A stretch of 55,843 nucleotides of DNA, the filler included, from Sphacelaria rigidula (taxonomy: Eukaryota), in NCBI GenBank assembly GCA_964200075.2. It is 3 parts of 3 records of this genome, joined end to end, with 100 filler letters (N's around TTAATTAATTAA, not from the genome) between each part and the next. Parts side by side here need not be neighbours in the genome. Positions count along the whole stretch, not along the records: positions 37,301 to 55,843 come from CAXNAA020000840.1; 2 more parts are not named here. One strand, 5' to 3'. The notes below the pieces were generated by a model, which was given only the letters and a program-made list of their open reading frames with translations, ran no database searches and was not told the DNA's origin. Position numbers and translations under genes: made by a program. Positions 45,194 through 55,843 of the stretch are shown here, one piece after another (the first letter of the stretch is position 1; each line of letters begins with the position of its first letter).

Positions 45194-48100
45194 TGGTCGC
45201 GACAACCGCGGGCAGAATAGGGTGTGGTAATTTGGTTACAGGGAAGGCACGCTGTGGGGTAAAGTCTGAGAAAGGGCGTAGGAACTCTGCAGGATCCCCA
45301 CCTCATACGAATCTAGAGAATCATGTGTTTATATACCGCATGCATGCGATAAGTGAAGACAGAGTGAGTGGGATCTTTCCTCGTGGCAAGGATATCGCGG
45401 TCCGCGCGGATTTCGTACATATTCACGTGTTGTGCTCCAAACATGTGTTCTTCTCCTAGGTCATAGTTCATTTGATTTTTTTTTTCTCGTCTCCTTCGAC
45501 AGGAGTCGAGTCCAGACTTTTTGAAGGAGATTGCGGCGGAAACAGAGGGAAAGGGCTATCGGCACGGACACTTTAGGTTTGGGAATAGGGCACGTCTGAT
45601 TATCCTCTCTGCGATCTTGTGCATCTTCGTCTCTCTTACCTCTTTCCTACGGTGGAAAATATAGTTTCATCCGGACAACAACGGGCCAGAGCCCCAAGGG
45701 CGGAGCGGCACACCGTAGCAACCGGCGGCGCCCTCTGTAGAGGTGAGGCGCATGGCAATATTAGACTTTCGCGCAAAGGTTGTGCAGGTACCGCGTTCAC
45801 TAGGCGTGTTCTTCGTAGGTATGCTACTGGGTCGAAGCTATGTGACTTGTTTTGTTGTGAGTTGAGGGGATCGTCTGTGTGCGCGTGCGTGCTTTCGACC
45901 AGCTCCGCTTTTGTTCACCTCCGTCAAACGAACGCTTGTCATTAACCCCGGTCCGTCTTCGTCGTGTACCTGTTATTCAGCAGTCATTTGCAGTGAGATT
46001 ATGTACAGCAACAGCATAACAGCCAGTATGGACAGACAGTACAGACAATACAGTCCCGTGCGTTGAGAGCGAAAGCAAATACATGTGCCTATCTGTCCCT
46101 AGTATCTGAGTTCCCAACCATGAGCGCTGTAAAAAGGTGTGCGTGCATCTTGCACTCTGCGCTATCTTGTCAACGTGAGTTATACCACCCTCCCTCGATT
46201 GTCCTCATCGAAGAGCACAAGACAACGTCCTCATGGCAATATATACCTAGTTTTAGAACGGTTTGCAGTCGTGGTCACCCACATGTTTTTTGCTGCGGCA
46301 AGCGGGTACTATAGTGTTATCTCTACCGTCCTGTACTGCCCTACTCTTCACTGAGCAGGCACGTCCAAGTGATTATCTCCCTGTTAATTGAGTATGCCGC
46401 TCGTGAATCTCTTCAGATCGAAATCAACGGGTTTGACATGAAAGTTTCGTCCATCGTGCCGTAAGATATGCACGAGAGCATGGACTACTTCCGTTTACAT
46501 CATCGCGACGCATTGAGAAATCGAAAAAAATATGGACGTTCAACATACCGCCCCGAAAACCTACGTGCAACAGACAGTACAGTCAGTGAGACAGTACAGT
46601 ATCGTCTGTACTGACTGTACGGTATGCATTACACCATGTTGCCGACGCCCTCTCTGAAAAGCCAAGACGAATCGCTCTTTTACGTTGCTCAGTTCACCAC
46701 GAAACCATCAGCAACTTTGTGCTACCGTATCCAGAACGCAGAGTTAGAGTGCACCGTGTGCACGAATCACGTACTTGAGCTTTTCAGATCGCAGCGCACC
46801 AGTACACAGCGCAGACCGTTCAACACAATTCGTGCAAGGGCGTAGACAGCGGCAGGACGCGTTTTAGCTGTGTCGGCCCTGATTTCCAGGCCCGACTTTC
46901 GCACCAACTCCCAACCCTAGCTGCATCATACTGTATTGTACTGGACTGCAGTATTGCACCTCCCTCCTCCCCCCCTCCCCCCCTCCCCATCCACATTTGC
47001 GTATGGATACAGGAGGTCACGCAGTAGTCGTACCGGGCAAAAGGTGTGCGGTGCAATGCAATGCCGTCCAGTACATTGCAGGATAGTACTTGTAGTGGGA
47101 AGGGACTGGTTATCCTTTTTATTTTTCCTTGAAGGAAAAAGGAAAGCCGCACCGAACACTTACCCCTCGAACGGGTTCATGTGCCGATTACCCGGAGTAT
47201 TGGCTAGACCGCTGTGTGGCGGTCATATGGGGTAGGCGCCTCGAGCGTTCGGAAAGCTCTGCTGAAGGCAGTGTGGAAGTTGAACCCACTTCCAACCCCC
47301 CCCCCCTATCAACTTGGCGCAGTGCAGTCGCCGCCCTACTCTTATGAGCTTTGGCTATCCTCGTGCGTGTTTTGTCCGCAAATATCCGGGCAGCTTCCTG
47401 ACAGTCTGGTATCACAGGAGCGTGCGCTCTCTGTTCGTGCACAGGGGACAGGGTAACGATTTCACCTTGAGTTGAATTCTCGAATATATGTCCTGTGACC
47501 ACCGCTGGATCGCTGGAGGGCCAGTTGAAGTGCGACAATCAATCAATCAAATCAATCAATCATGTGTCTTGGTCCCTGCCAATGCACAGGGGTGCTAGTG
47601 TGCCTCGTTCTATCTTGCGTACAGCAGTTTGAGATCCGATGCCACCTGTGATAACGCAATAACATAGCGCAGCACAAGCAAGTGCCAGAGAGACGTGCAC
47701 CCCGCGGAGCCCACCCGCGATCGTTACGATAGTGATGCTGAGATTTTCGAGTTCAACAGATTTGAAAACTCAGGCAGTGTCTTATCAAATTGTTTTCGAC
47801 TCGAAAACGTACGCTGGAATCGAATTTGCTCTTACCTGGTACGTCCACGGCATCCATGTTCTCAACCATCTGAGGGAATAACGAGCGTGGGCGAATCAGA
47901 AACGAGGGAATTCGATTCGACAAGACACGGCCTCACTGACAGTTGAAAAAAAGTGAAGGTTGAGGCATAGTAGCATACTGTAGAGACAACGTTGGAGTCG
48001 GACGGGGTACGCATGGTGGCACAGGAGCCGAGAAAATGACCGTCCTCGGGGGGTGTTTTCTACCATAAATCAAGGGGGTGATGCCCAACGTTTCGGCCTG

Positions 48101-48754
48101 TAGCGTGCCAATGACATACTTTCGAGTAATGTGACTATATTTTTTGCATATTTGAAATATTTGAAATATGAAAGGAGTTGGGGAAAAAAAATTACCTGGG
48201 GATTTGATTAATGTATCCCCCCGCCCAAGAACATGGTGTATGCTTTTCCTGGAACTTGACGATAGTCTGTTGGCTTAAGATGCGAGTGAATGTCAGAAAA
48301 CTGACGGTAGCGCTTGCAAGTGAAGCTGGTTTGTGACGACGGGCGCGATCGATTGCCTCCTATAGGGACGCGGCAGCCTTTTCGGTCAAATGAAGGCACA
48401 CTGTAGCTGGCTTGAAAATATGTTGCCAAAGTGTGACAAAAGTGTCACGGTCGGACGAACCTCGGGCGCGAGTGACAGACTCTCTGAATGAGGCTAGTTT
48501 ACCGGCGTTGGGCTAGAAATGTCCATGTTCGACACAAATTTACAAGTATCGCTACCCCTAACCCCAACCCAACGCATACCGAGAACCCTCGGGCAAGGGC
48601 GGAACCTAGCATTCCCTAGGCAAAGTGCGGTCTTGGTGGACCCCAAATCGGCGCCTGTGGCGCCGATTTAAACGAAAACGCGCTCTGAGCACGCGAGGAG
48701 CACACGGGACTGCCAGCCCCACTGAAATTCCGATTATCGTTGTTCACACTCAAA

Positions 48755-49750
48755 TCAAGTAATATCGACCATGATCATTTGTAGCCCAACGCCGGTGAAA
48801 TTTCCTGGAGATTCGAAGCGTGGGATTAACTTTGCGGTATAATATTGTAGCAAAAAGGGTATGCGCCAACAGTTTCGGACGGTTTCTGGCGAGATTTGGC
48901 AAGACGAAAGTGTTTGTGTGTGCTCTTCGGCAGATTTTGCTGGCACGAGTAAATCAACCATCGATCTAATGAGCTCCCAATTTACAGGGGAAGTGATCAC
49001 AACCTGAACTTTTCTTGCGTCCAAAAAAAGTTCGCTCGTTTCCAATCGATTTCGCCGGACATGAAGCTTCTCTACAATCGTGTGACACGGACCAATTGCG
49101 GATGAGGACGAACAAATCGAACGTATGCTGGTTGGTCAGTCAGCGCACGATTCACGATTCATCGTTGGGCCCAGATTTTTCGTTTCTTGTTTTTAGACTT
49201 CAATAGTATAATAGTGAGACGACATCGTTCTAATAATCTTCGGCATGTCAGCTTCCGATTATTTATCCGAATCGCGGGATGTGACGGACGTCGGCTGCTG
49301 TCATGTGAGAAGTCTTGTGGGTCGTAAGGTTCCATCAGCCAACGTGTGAGTAGGGTGCTCGGTAGACATGTGAGGGACAGGATGTTCGCTCTGTTCTCAG
49401 GGGACAAGTTAGGGTTACTGCACTTCGCGATGAAGGTGTTTTCATCATGTGATATGTAGAATGATACTTGGAGAATGCCTTGTGCAGTACAGGCTGGTTC
49501 GCGCTTATCGCCCAAAATTGTGTCATCAGCAAATACCTTTCGCATTTCGCAATGCCTACCCAAAGTCACATACATGACTCAATACTGACCGCCATGGAGA
49601 GTCAAAGAGCGTGACGTAGCTAGATTTGTGTTTGACCATGGTGGTGGCGCTAAGGGTCAAACTGTACCTCGACCAATCAGCGCCCATCAAATTGTTCTGG
49701 AAACGAAATATTTTCCAAGCACAATTCTCACCCAATTTCCACATGCTTCA
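48755..49750 (-). pseudogene. Degenerate hAT-like transposase relic
   Basis: NWELIRSMVDLLVPAKSAEEHTQ resembles the hAT W..L..L..LL.P.K.A block. Upstream PACTAQGILQVS resembles the CxxHxLxL block, in the expected order. Confidence 0.4.
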
Positions 49751-50111
49751 AATCGTAGTAACCGCCACCAGCTCGGGATTCTACCGGAAAAAATGGATTT
49801 GGAAGCGGTTACTACGTGATCGAATTACACCCGAAACCTTGGTGTTTCGGTCATGTGGGGTTTTGGCGTCGCCTAATCCCCACCGATGATACGCACGAAG
49901 AGCCCACGAAGCCTCGCGACGGTTCGCCTTATATCTGTCGTAGAAAAACTCAGATCGCCCTCAAGCTTGGTTGTTCCGTAGGTATTGATGCTCCAAATGG
50001 AAGAATTGCACTCTTGACAATTCTACGAAAAAACGATGTTCTCTACCGGATTCCGGGGGTCCCAGTGTAAACACCCCCGGAAGGTGGTACAGAATGCCTC
50101 AAAAGAAAAAT

Positions 50112-52005
50112 CAGGGGTCTACCCGTTACATGTTCACGTAATTTTTTTTAACGTTCACGTTACGTTTCGATACATGTAACGTATTATGAAACTACGAATG
50201 TCACGTGTAACGGCTACTATATCGTTACGTTGACACGTTTATCGTTCGAATCTAACGTTTCATTCTGTGCATGTCACGGCTCATTCACCAGTGTTTGGGG
50301 CGTTGTAACGTGTCGTGTAACGCGTAATGTAACCGTGTACGTGACGCTGACGGTGACCCGTCGGCTACTTCTCATGTGTAAAAAAAACTCTAAAGAAAAA
50401 CGCGTGTTCTGATAAATGACCAAAAATACACTTTTTATGTCATCAGAAAACGCGTTTTTTCACAGAATTTTTCCTGATAACATTTTCCGATAACCCAATT
50501 TCTTTGAGAAAATCAAGGTTTTCTGATAGCTTTGGACTATCGAAAAATGTTATTGAAAACGCGTTTGAAATCCCGCCGCACGCCAACGTACCCTCCAGCC
50601 CACGACAGCAGCCATGGTGGCGTGGCTGCCATCATCACCGGTGTGGCTGGTGCTCGCGGGCAGTCAGCGTGTTGCTTCATTGTCCTTCGCTCGCCAACTG
50701 GCCCTTTACCCCATGAGAACAGCACAGGGCAGGGTCGATGACGAGAGCTGTACAAACACTCTGTATGTACTTTGCACAGACAGTATTGTAGCGCGCAGTT
50801 CAGGTCTTCGCATGCACAGCGTGTTGCGAACAGCACTCGCAATGAAGCATAGGCTGCCCACGCACCCAAGACTTGTAGAGACGGGACCGCACTGACTGTA
50901 CACACGCTGCATGCACATAACTGACCTGCGAGCTACAATACTGTCTGTGCAAACTACTTACGTACAGAGTGTTTGTACAGCACTCATCATCGATCCTGCC
51001 CTGTTGTGTTCTCATGGGGGTAAGGGCCATCACGCTACTGGCGAGCGAAGGACAATGAAGTAACACGCTGACTGTCCGCGAGCACCAGCGACAGCAGTGG
51101 TGATGGCAGCCAAGCCATCACTACAGCAAACGCATACAATACAGTACTGTTGTGTGTACCATTGTGTGTGTTGTCGTTTCAGTCAAGTACTACCGTGCAA
51201 TGAAAAAGCACACCCTTCACTCTTACAGTCAGTTAGTACAGCAAGGCGGTGTTCGTGTTGATCGTCTTGCGTCACGCAGCCCACCATGTATTGCTCAGGC
51301 AATGTATCATAGTAGTACATTCAGTCAGTACGGACCGTACACCACGAACATGACAGCAGAGTGCTGCGTCTCCCTCTCGCGCCCCAGAATTTGAAATTAT
51401 GCCTGCACACCTCATGGAAAACGATGTACACTGCGTCGCCAATCTTGACAGTGCGTCGATCGCGTACGAAGGGCTCCTTTGAAAAGTTATGCGGAAAATC
51501 GCGCTGTTGAAAAACGGCTTTTCTGACAACGTGTTTTTTATACGTGGGAAATAGCCTTGAACGTGATCGAGATGATTATGATATTATGATGCAGTGCTGC
51601 AACGATGACTTGGAATGCGAGGTGTGGTGGGGAGGGCGCGAAATTGCTGCAATAGTAGCATACCCATACCATGGTCATTCAAATTCACTCGTGTTTATTG
51701 AAGCACATTCTTCTGGGATTTTAAAATTCATGGCAAACTTGAAGTTTCACCACTCCATGTGACGTGTTCATGACGTTTCATGTAACGTGTAACGTGTAAC
51801 GTCTAATGCACGTGTAACGTGTTCATGACGTTACACGTTACATTAAACGTTTCATATTACGTGATTTGAACGTTTGGGTAATTTAACGATCACGTTACGT
51901 CACAAATGAAACATGAAAAAAAATGACGTTACGTTCATCACGTGAAAAAAATTAACGTTCACGTCACGTTTCGGCCAAAACGTGACGTGAACGTGTATAC
52001 CCTTG
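50112..52005. mobile_element. Non-autonomous hAT-like element, ~1.9 kb
   Basis: Termini CAGGGGTCTACCCGTT / AACGTGTATACCCTTG. Flanks agaaaaat / gaaaaaat (near 8-bp TSD). ACGT/GTAACG-rich subterminal arrays at both ends. Confidence 0.7.
50614..51121. repeat. Long inverted repeat (foldback), arms about 200 bp
   Basis: 50614-50822 pairs with about 50900-51121 at high identity. Confidence 0.93.
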
Positions 52006-52159
52006 GAAAAAATAAAATGATGCGTCCCGGGGTAGTTCGACGAACATATGTACAAAGTTTGATCGAGAAACCGAAAGACAGTTTTTCTCACCTTCACCTT
52101 GAACACACCCAACAAAAACGCTTTCAATCTAAACCAAGCAGTTTGGAGTTTGCACGTTT

Positions 52160-52515
52160 CAAGCTCACGTCATCGCACAAACGCGCAAAACTTGACGCCG
52201 TTTTCACGAGTTGAGACCCTGAAACTTCACACAAATGTACCATGGGTCATTACACAAATTCTCCATGGACGAGATTTTGATTCAACTTTTTCACCTTTTT
52301 ACTGTTTTTCGCGTGTCCGACAGGATTCAAGCTTCTTCGGAAACCCTGGAAACCCCAAAAAAACGGTGAAAAACGGCCAGGAGCACAAAAAAACTCGACC
52401 TTCGAAAGTTGCGTGATGACCCATGGCAAAATTGTGCAAAGTTTCAGGGTCTAACTCCTAAAAACGGCGTGAAGTTTTGCGGATGAATGTTTTCAGGTTG
52501 ATGAGCGTGAGCCTG
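52160..52515. mobile_element. MITE with long (~80-100 bp) imperfect TIRs
   Basis: gcaaaacttgacgccgtttt...gaccctgaaactt...ccatgggtcat is inverted at 52405-52481. Confidence 0.8.
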
Positions 52516-55144
52516 CCTGTATGAATGAATTTTACATGGGATAATTACCCCGCATTCTCTTTGGTAGAGCACAGAAAGTATTACGAGCTGGGCCGTCCTA
52601 TTGATAGTATCCGCTATTTCTTCCACCGAACATATATCGAGACCCACGGCGAGATATCGCAAAGTAAACGTACCCCTGTGAACGAGAGATTGCCATGAGT
52701 TTTTCCCGACAACTCTTGAGTGTGTTCATACAGAAAATAAAGTTGTGTACTGATCATATAATGGATCTACAACAGCCTGTTCTAAATCCATTTAGGCTCT
52801 TACCAATCATGCTGGTAAGGTCTTTTATATCGGCTACTGTACAGCATAGAAGAAAAAGGGCTGGAAGAGCACATCCGGTAAATAGCCCAAGAACAGGACG
52901 AATCTACAAAACTGCGGGAGAACTCGTTGGAAAAATATGGTCAGATTTTTGCGGCTCCGGGGCATGGTTCGGCCGTCATGTTTTCCATCACCCTTGAGCG
53001 CTGGGCACGCTCTGCGCCATGGCGTCAAGCTCGCCGAAAGATCATCAATTGGAGAGAACTTCTGTCGCTACCATATGTTACGATAAGAAGTGGGACACGT
53101 GGCTGTTGAGGGAGGCTAAAGCACAAAGAATAAGAACGCGCCCTGTAACACGCACCTCACCACTATTCGCTGAGGCGGGCTCCCACTTGCGGCGGCTGAG
53201 TTGGTATTCTAGGGCGTCACGGGTAGCCCATGGAGGCGACAAGTCTTCAGGCTTTAGAGCGAGCAGCAGGAAGTGGGCGGCGGCATCCGCGTGCAAGAGT
53301 CACTCACTCCCATCAGGTGAGACTCACTGTCTGTGCTTATACCCACGTATCGACCCCTCGGGCACCAGGCTTCCTTATAAAATGTTATCATCGCGGGACC
53401 CTCCTAGCGCCGGTAAAGGCCCTGTTTTATAGAGTAAAGAAAAAAAAAGCGAGCAGCGAAGCAAGCGTCCAAAAGCAGAATCTTGTTGAGTCGCGGGAAC
53501 CATAGACCCGTCCGGTGACCCACCAGTGTGCTGCTGTTGGACGCTTGTTTCGCTTCTCGCCTTTTTTTTTTCTTGACTTGGTAAGACAGAACCTAACCCT
53601 GGTGCAACACAGTTGACGTGAGTCTTTCATTGCGGCACAGCTATACCGCCACATGTGCCGTTCCGTCTGTAGGGCGTCCGAGCTTTGTTTTTTGTATTTT
53701 CAAGTTGGAGCCGATAGCTGCAGGAGGTAGCGCAGACAAACCGGAGTAGATCACGCGGCGTGTACTGAGAGGCAGCATGTGCCCCTTTGAGAGGGCAGTT
53801 ACTTTGGCCTCCGTCCACTCTATATTATCAAGAGAGGCTATCCCGGCCCCGACGGCTATACTTCCATGAAATCTGCAGTAGAGTGTAAGGAGAAAATATT
53901 TCCCCCTCCGTCAAATGTGGTATCCCCTCCACTTTTTTTCGATGAGATTGTTTTTTCATTCTGTACTCTAATCCTGAGATATTTGCACCCTGAAATGGCA
54001 AAAAAAGTGTTTTCCTCAACTCTCTCATGAACCAGAAGAGAAGAGTTCGCTTGACACTCCTCGTGCGATTCGTACATGACGTCTTGGCCATATCAACCCT
54101 CATGTTTGACGAAGCTCTGTCGAAGGCAACTTTACGTGTTCGTCATGACGCCCGATTTTCCATTTCCCGCTGCTACACTCGTGACAGGCAAAGATCATTG
54201 AAACCCCATTGGCATCTTAGCAATGCCTGTGCATGGGAATGGGTTCACGAAGGAGCGCCGGGAAAGTTTCAGCATCACACGCAGAAGCAAGGATTGGGCG
54301 GGATAGACTATCCTGACATATCGTCAGATGCGTGGTCTTGCACGATCATGGAACAAACGTGTGGAGAAAGATCAACGATCGATTTCTCACGACCGACAGA
54401 GCTATCTCACCCATCGTGTCAAGGAATCGCAGGAACGCCTTGATAGTGGCGGGGTTCCACAACTGCCGCCTTCGCGAAGTACTGTGGGGCGACGTCAGCA
54501 TGCCGTTGCACCGTCCCGCGGGCGACTACGACGCTGACTTTGTTGGAGCTAGGAGTGACGCAGCTGGGGCGGAACGCGCGGGTGGAGGAGAGGCGACGGC
54601 ATTACCGGTGTCTGACGCGCGGCGCGTGCGGCTGTTCAAGCAGGCGAATGACAACACTCTTCAGTCCTGCAGCAGAAACGTGACCGGCATTAGGTGCAGC
54701 TTCTCCATTTCACCGGGCACCCCGCAACTGTGTCCTCACGACGGACAAAACTGGAAGCAGGGCTGTCTTTCCTCATTGGCACGCGACCGAAGCCGAAATC
54801 CGGAGTTCACCTGAACGAGGCATTTCCTCACTCGCCTACGGCATGCGCTCCGTTCACATCACACAAGATGCCTCTTGGACAACATGGAAAGGTGCTAGCA
54901 GAAGCGCGACTGATATTTCTGGCATGGATTCGTGAATTTCTAAAGCTTGACGGCAATTTTTCAAAGGCGATGACGATAGAGGCGTGCACGGACGAGAATT
55001 GATCTTAAGGGGATAGAAATGTTCAACTGGAGCTACTGAACCCGCAACGACGGCCCGAGGTGCCTGGAGCTTGAGAACAGCGAAACCATCAAAGCTCAAG
55101 GACTAGATTTAGGAAATGCGAAAGATCTCCGCGGCGCACCGTAA

Positions 55145-55343
55145 CTGACACTTTTTACGATAGCCTCCCATCAAAAAGGGGCTGGTTTGGGGAGGCAAAC
55201 TTTTCACGTGAATCGAAATGGGAAAAACCGAGCACATCGAGCAGCTGGGAATTCCCAAACATCAGGCGCTGTATGGCCACTTTTTTCGTGACACTTTCGG
55301 GCTGGTTTTGGGGGGGGAGGGGTGCCACCGTAGAAAGTGTCAG
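55145..55343. mobile_element. MITE
   Basis: TIR ctgacactttttacg / cgtagaaagtgtcag (14/15). Body matches 19688-19940. Confidence 0.75.
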
Positions 55344-55843
55344 CTGTCATTGACATGTAGCCGGGGTTAGTTCACAAGCAGTAGGGATCAAAGTAGAGAT
55401 GGTGAGGATGGGGGTTGTGGGGATTGTGTACCGTGAAATTCCACATGAACGTGCGCGCGGGGCTCCGTTTTTCGGTCAAGTCTTGCAAGGGTGTGTTTGG
55501 GTATAGGGCATATCCCACATTTGGGTATGTTGAACAATCGACCTGAAAGTACCGAAAACTTGGGTGGAGTGTTGAGATTGTACTCAACATTTCCCTCCCC
55601 TCAAGAGATGGGTTGACCCCTTGAGACCACGGACTCGCCCCGAGGAAAGGGAGGGGTTCAAAGTGCGACAGATAAATGAAACAATCCACGGTTAGACAAA
55701 TCATCACGACCCAAAATTACCAAACTCACGATTTTTCGGCCTGATTGCCCAAAAGGGAGAAACAAGTTGATCGCTGATCTAAGGGATATCCACGCACCTT
55801 TTACGCCATTCCACGTGTCTGGGCTACGTGTACCTGGGTTGCA

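Noticed and set aside
45710-45760. RFX X-box upstream of a ciliary gene (cgtagcaac)
   Set aside because: Only a half site, expected by chance, and RFX control is not established for this lineage.

Overview
Repeat-rich eukaryotic genomic DNA with spliceosomal introns and about 50% GC. The intron style and repeat types suggest a brown alga or other stramenopile (inference). It is a scaffold with two artificial N-TTAATTAATTAA-N joins (18551-18650, 37201-37300), so segments across them may not be adjacent. 281-14462 is a ~14.2 kb decayed Ty3/gypsy LTR retrotransposon on the minus strand. It appears to have encoded one ~3,600-codon Gag-PR-RT-RH-IN polyprotein with a ~1,000-aa N-terminal extension, and a chromodomain followed by a PWWP/Tudor-like module at the C-terminus. 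Its LTRs are diverged and the flanks share no target-site duplication. 14.5-38 kb is a mosaic of piggyBac-type, Sola2-like and hAT-like MITEs, two tRNA-derived SINE families and unidentified coding relics. 38628-45193 (minus) is the 5' part of an ARL13-type ciliary GTPase gene. Its five exons can be spliced in frame and add two Dpy-30/RIIa-type dimerization/docking motifs N-terminal to the GTPase. 48.7-55.8 kb holds a hAT-like transposase relic and a hAT-like element carrying a ~500 bp foldback. All calls were made by eye; no database search was run.
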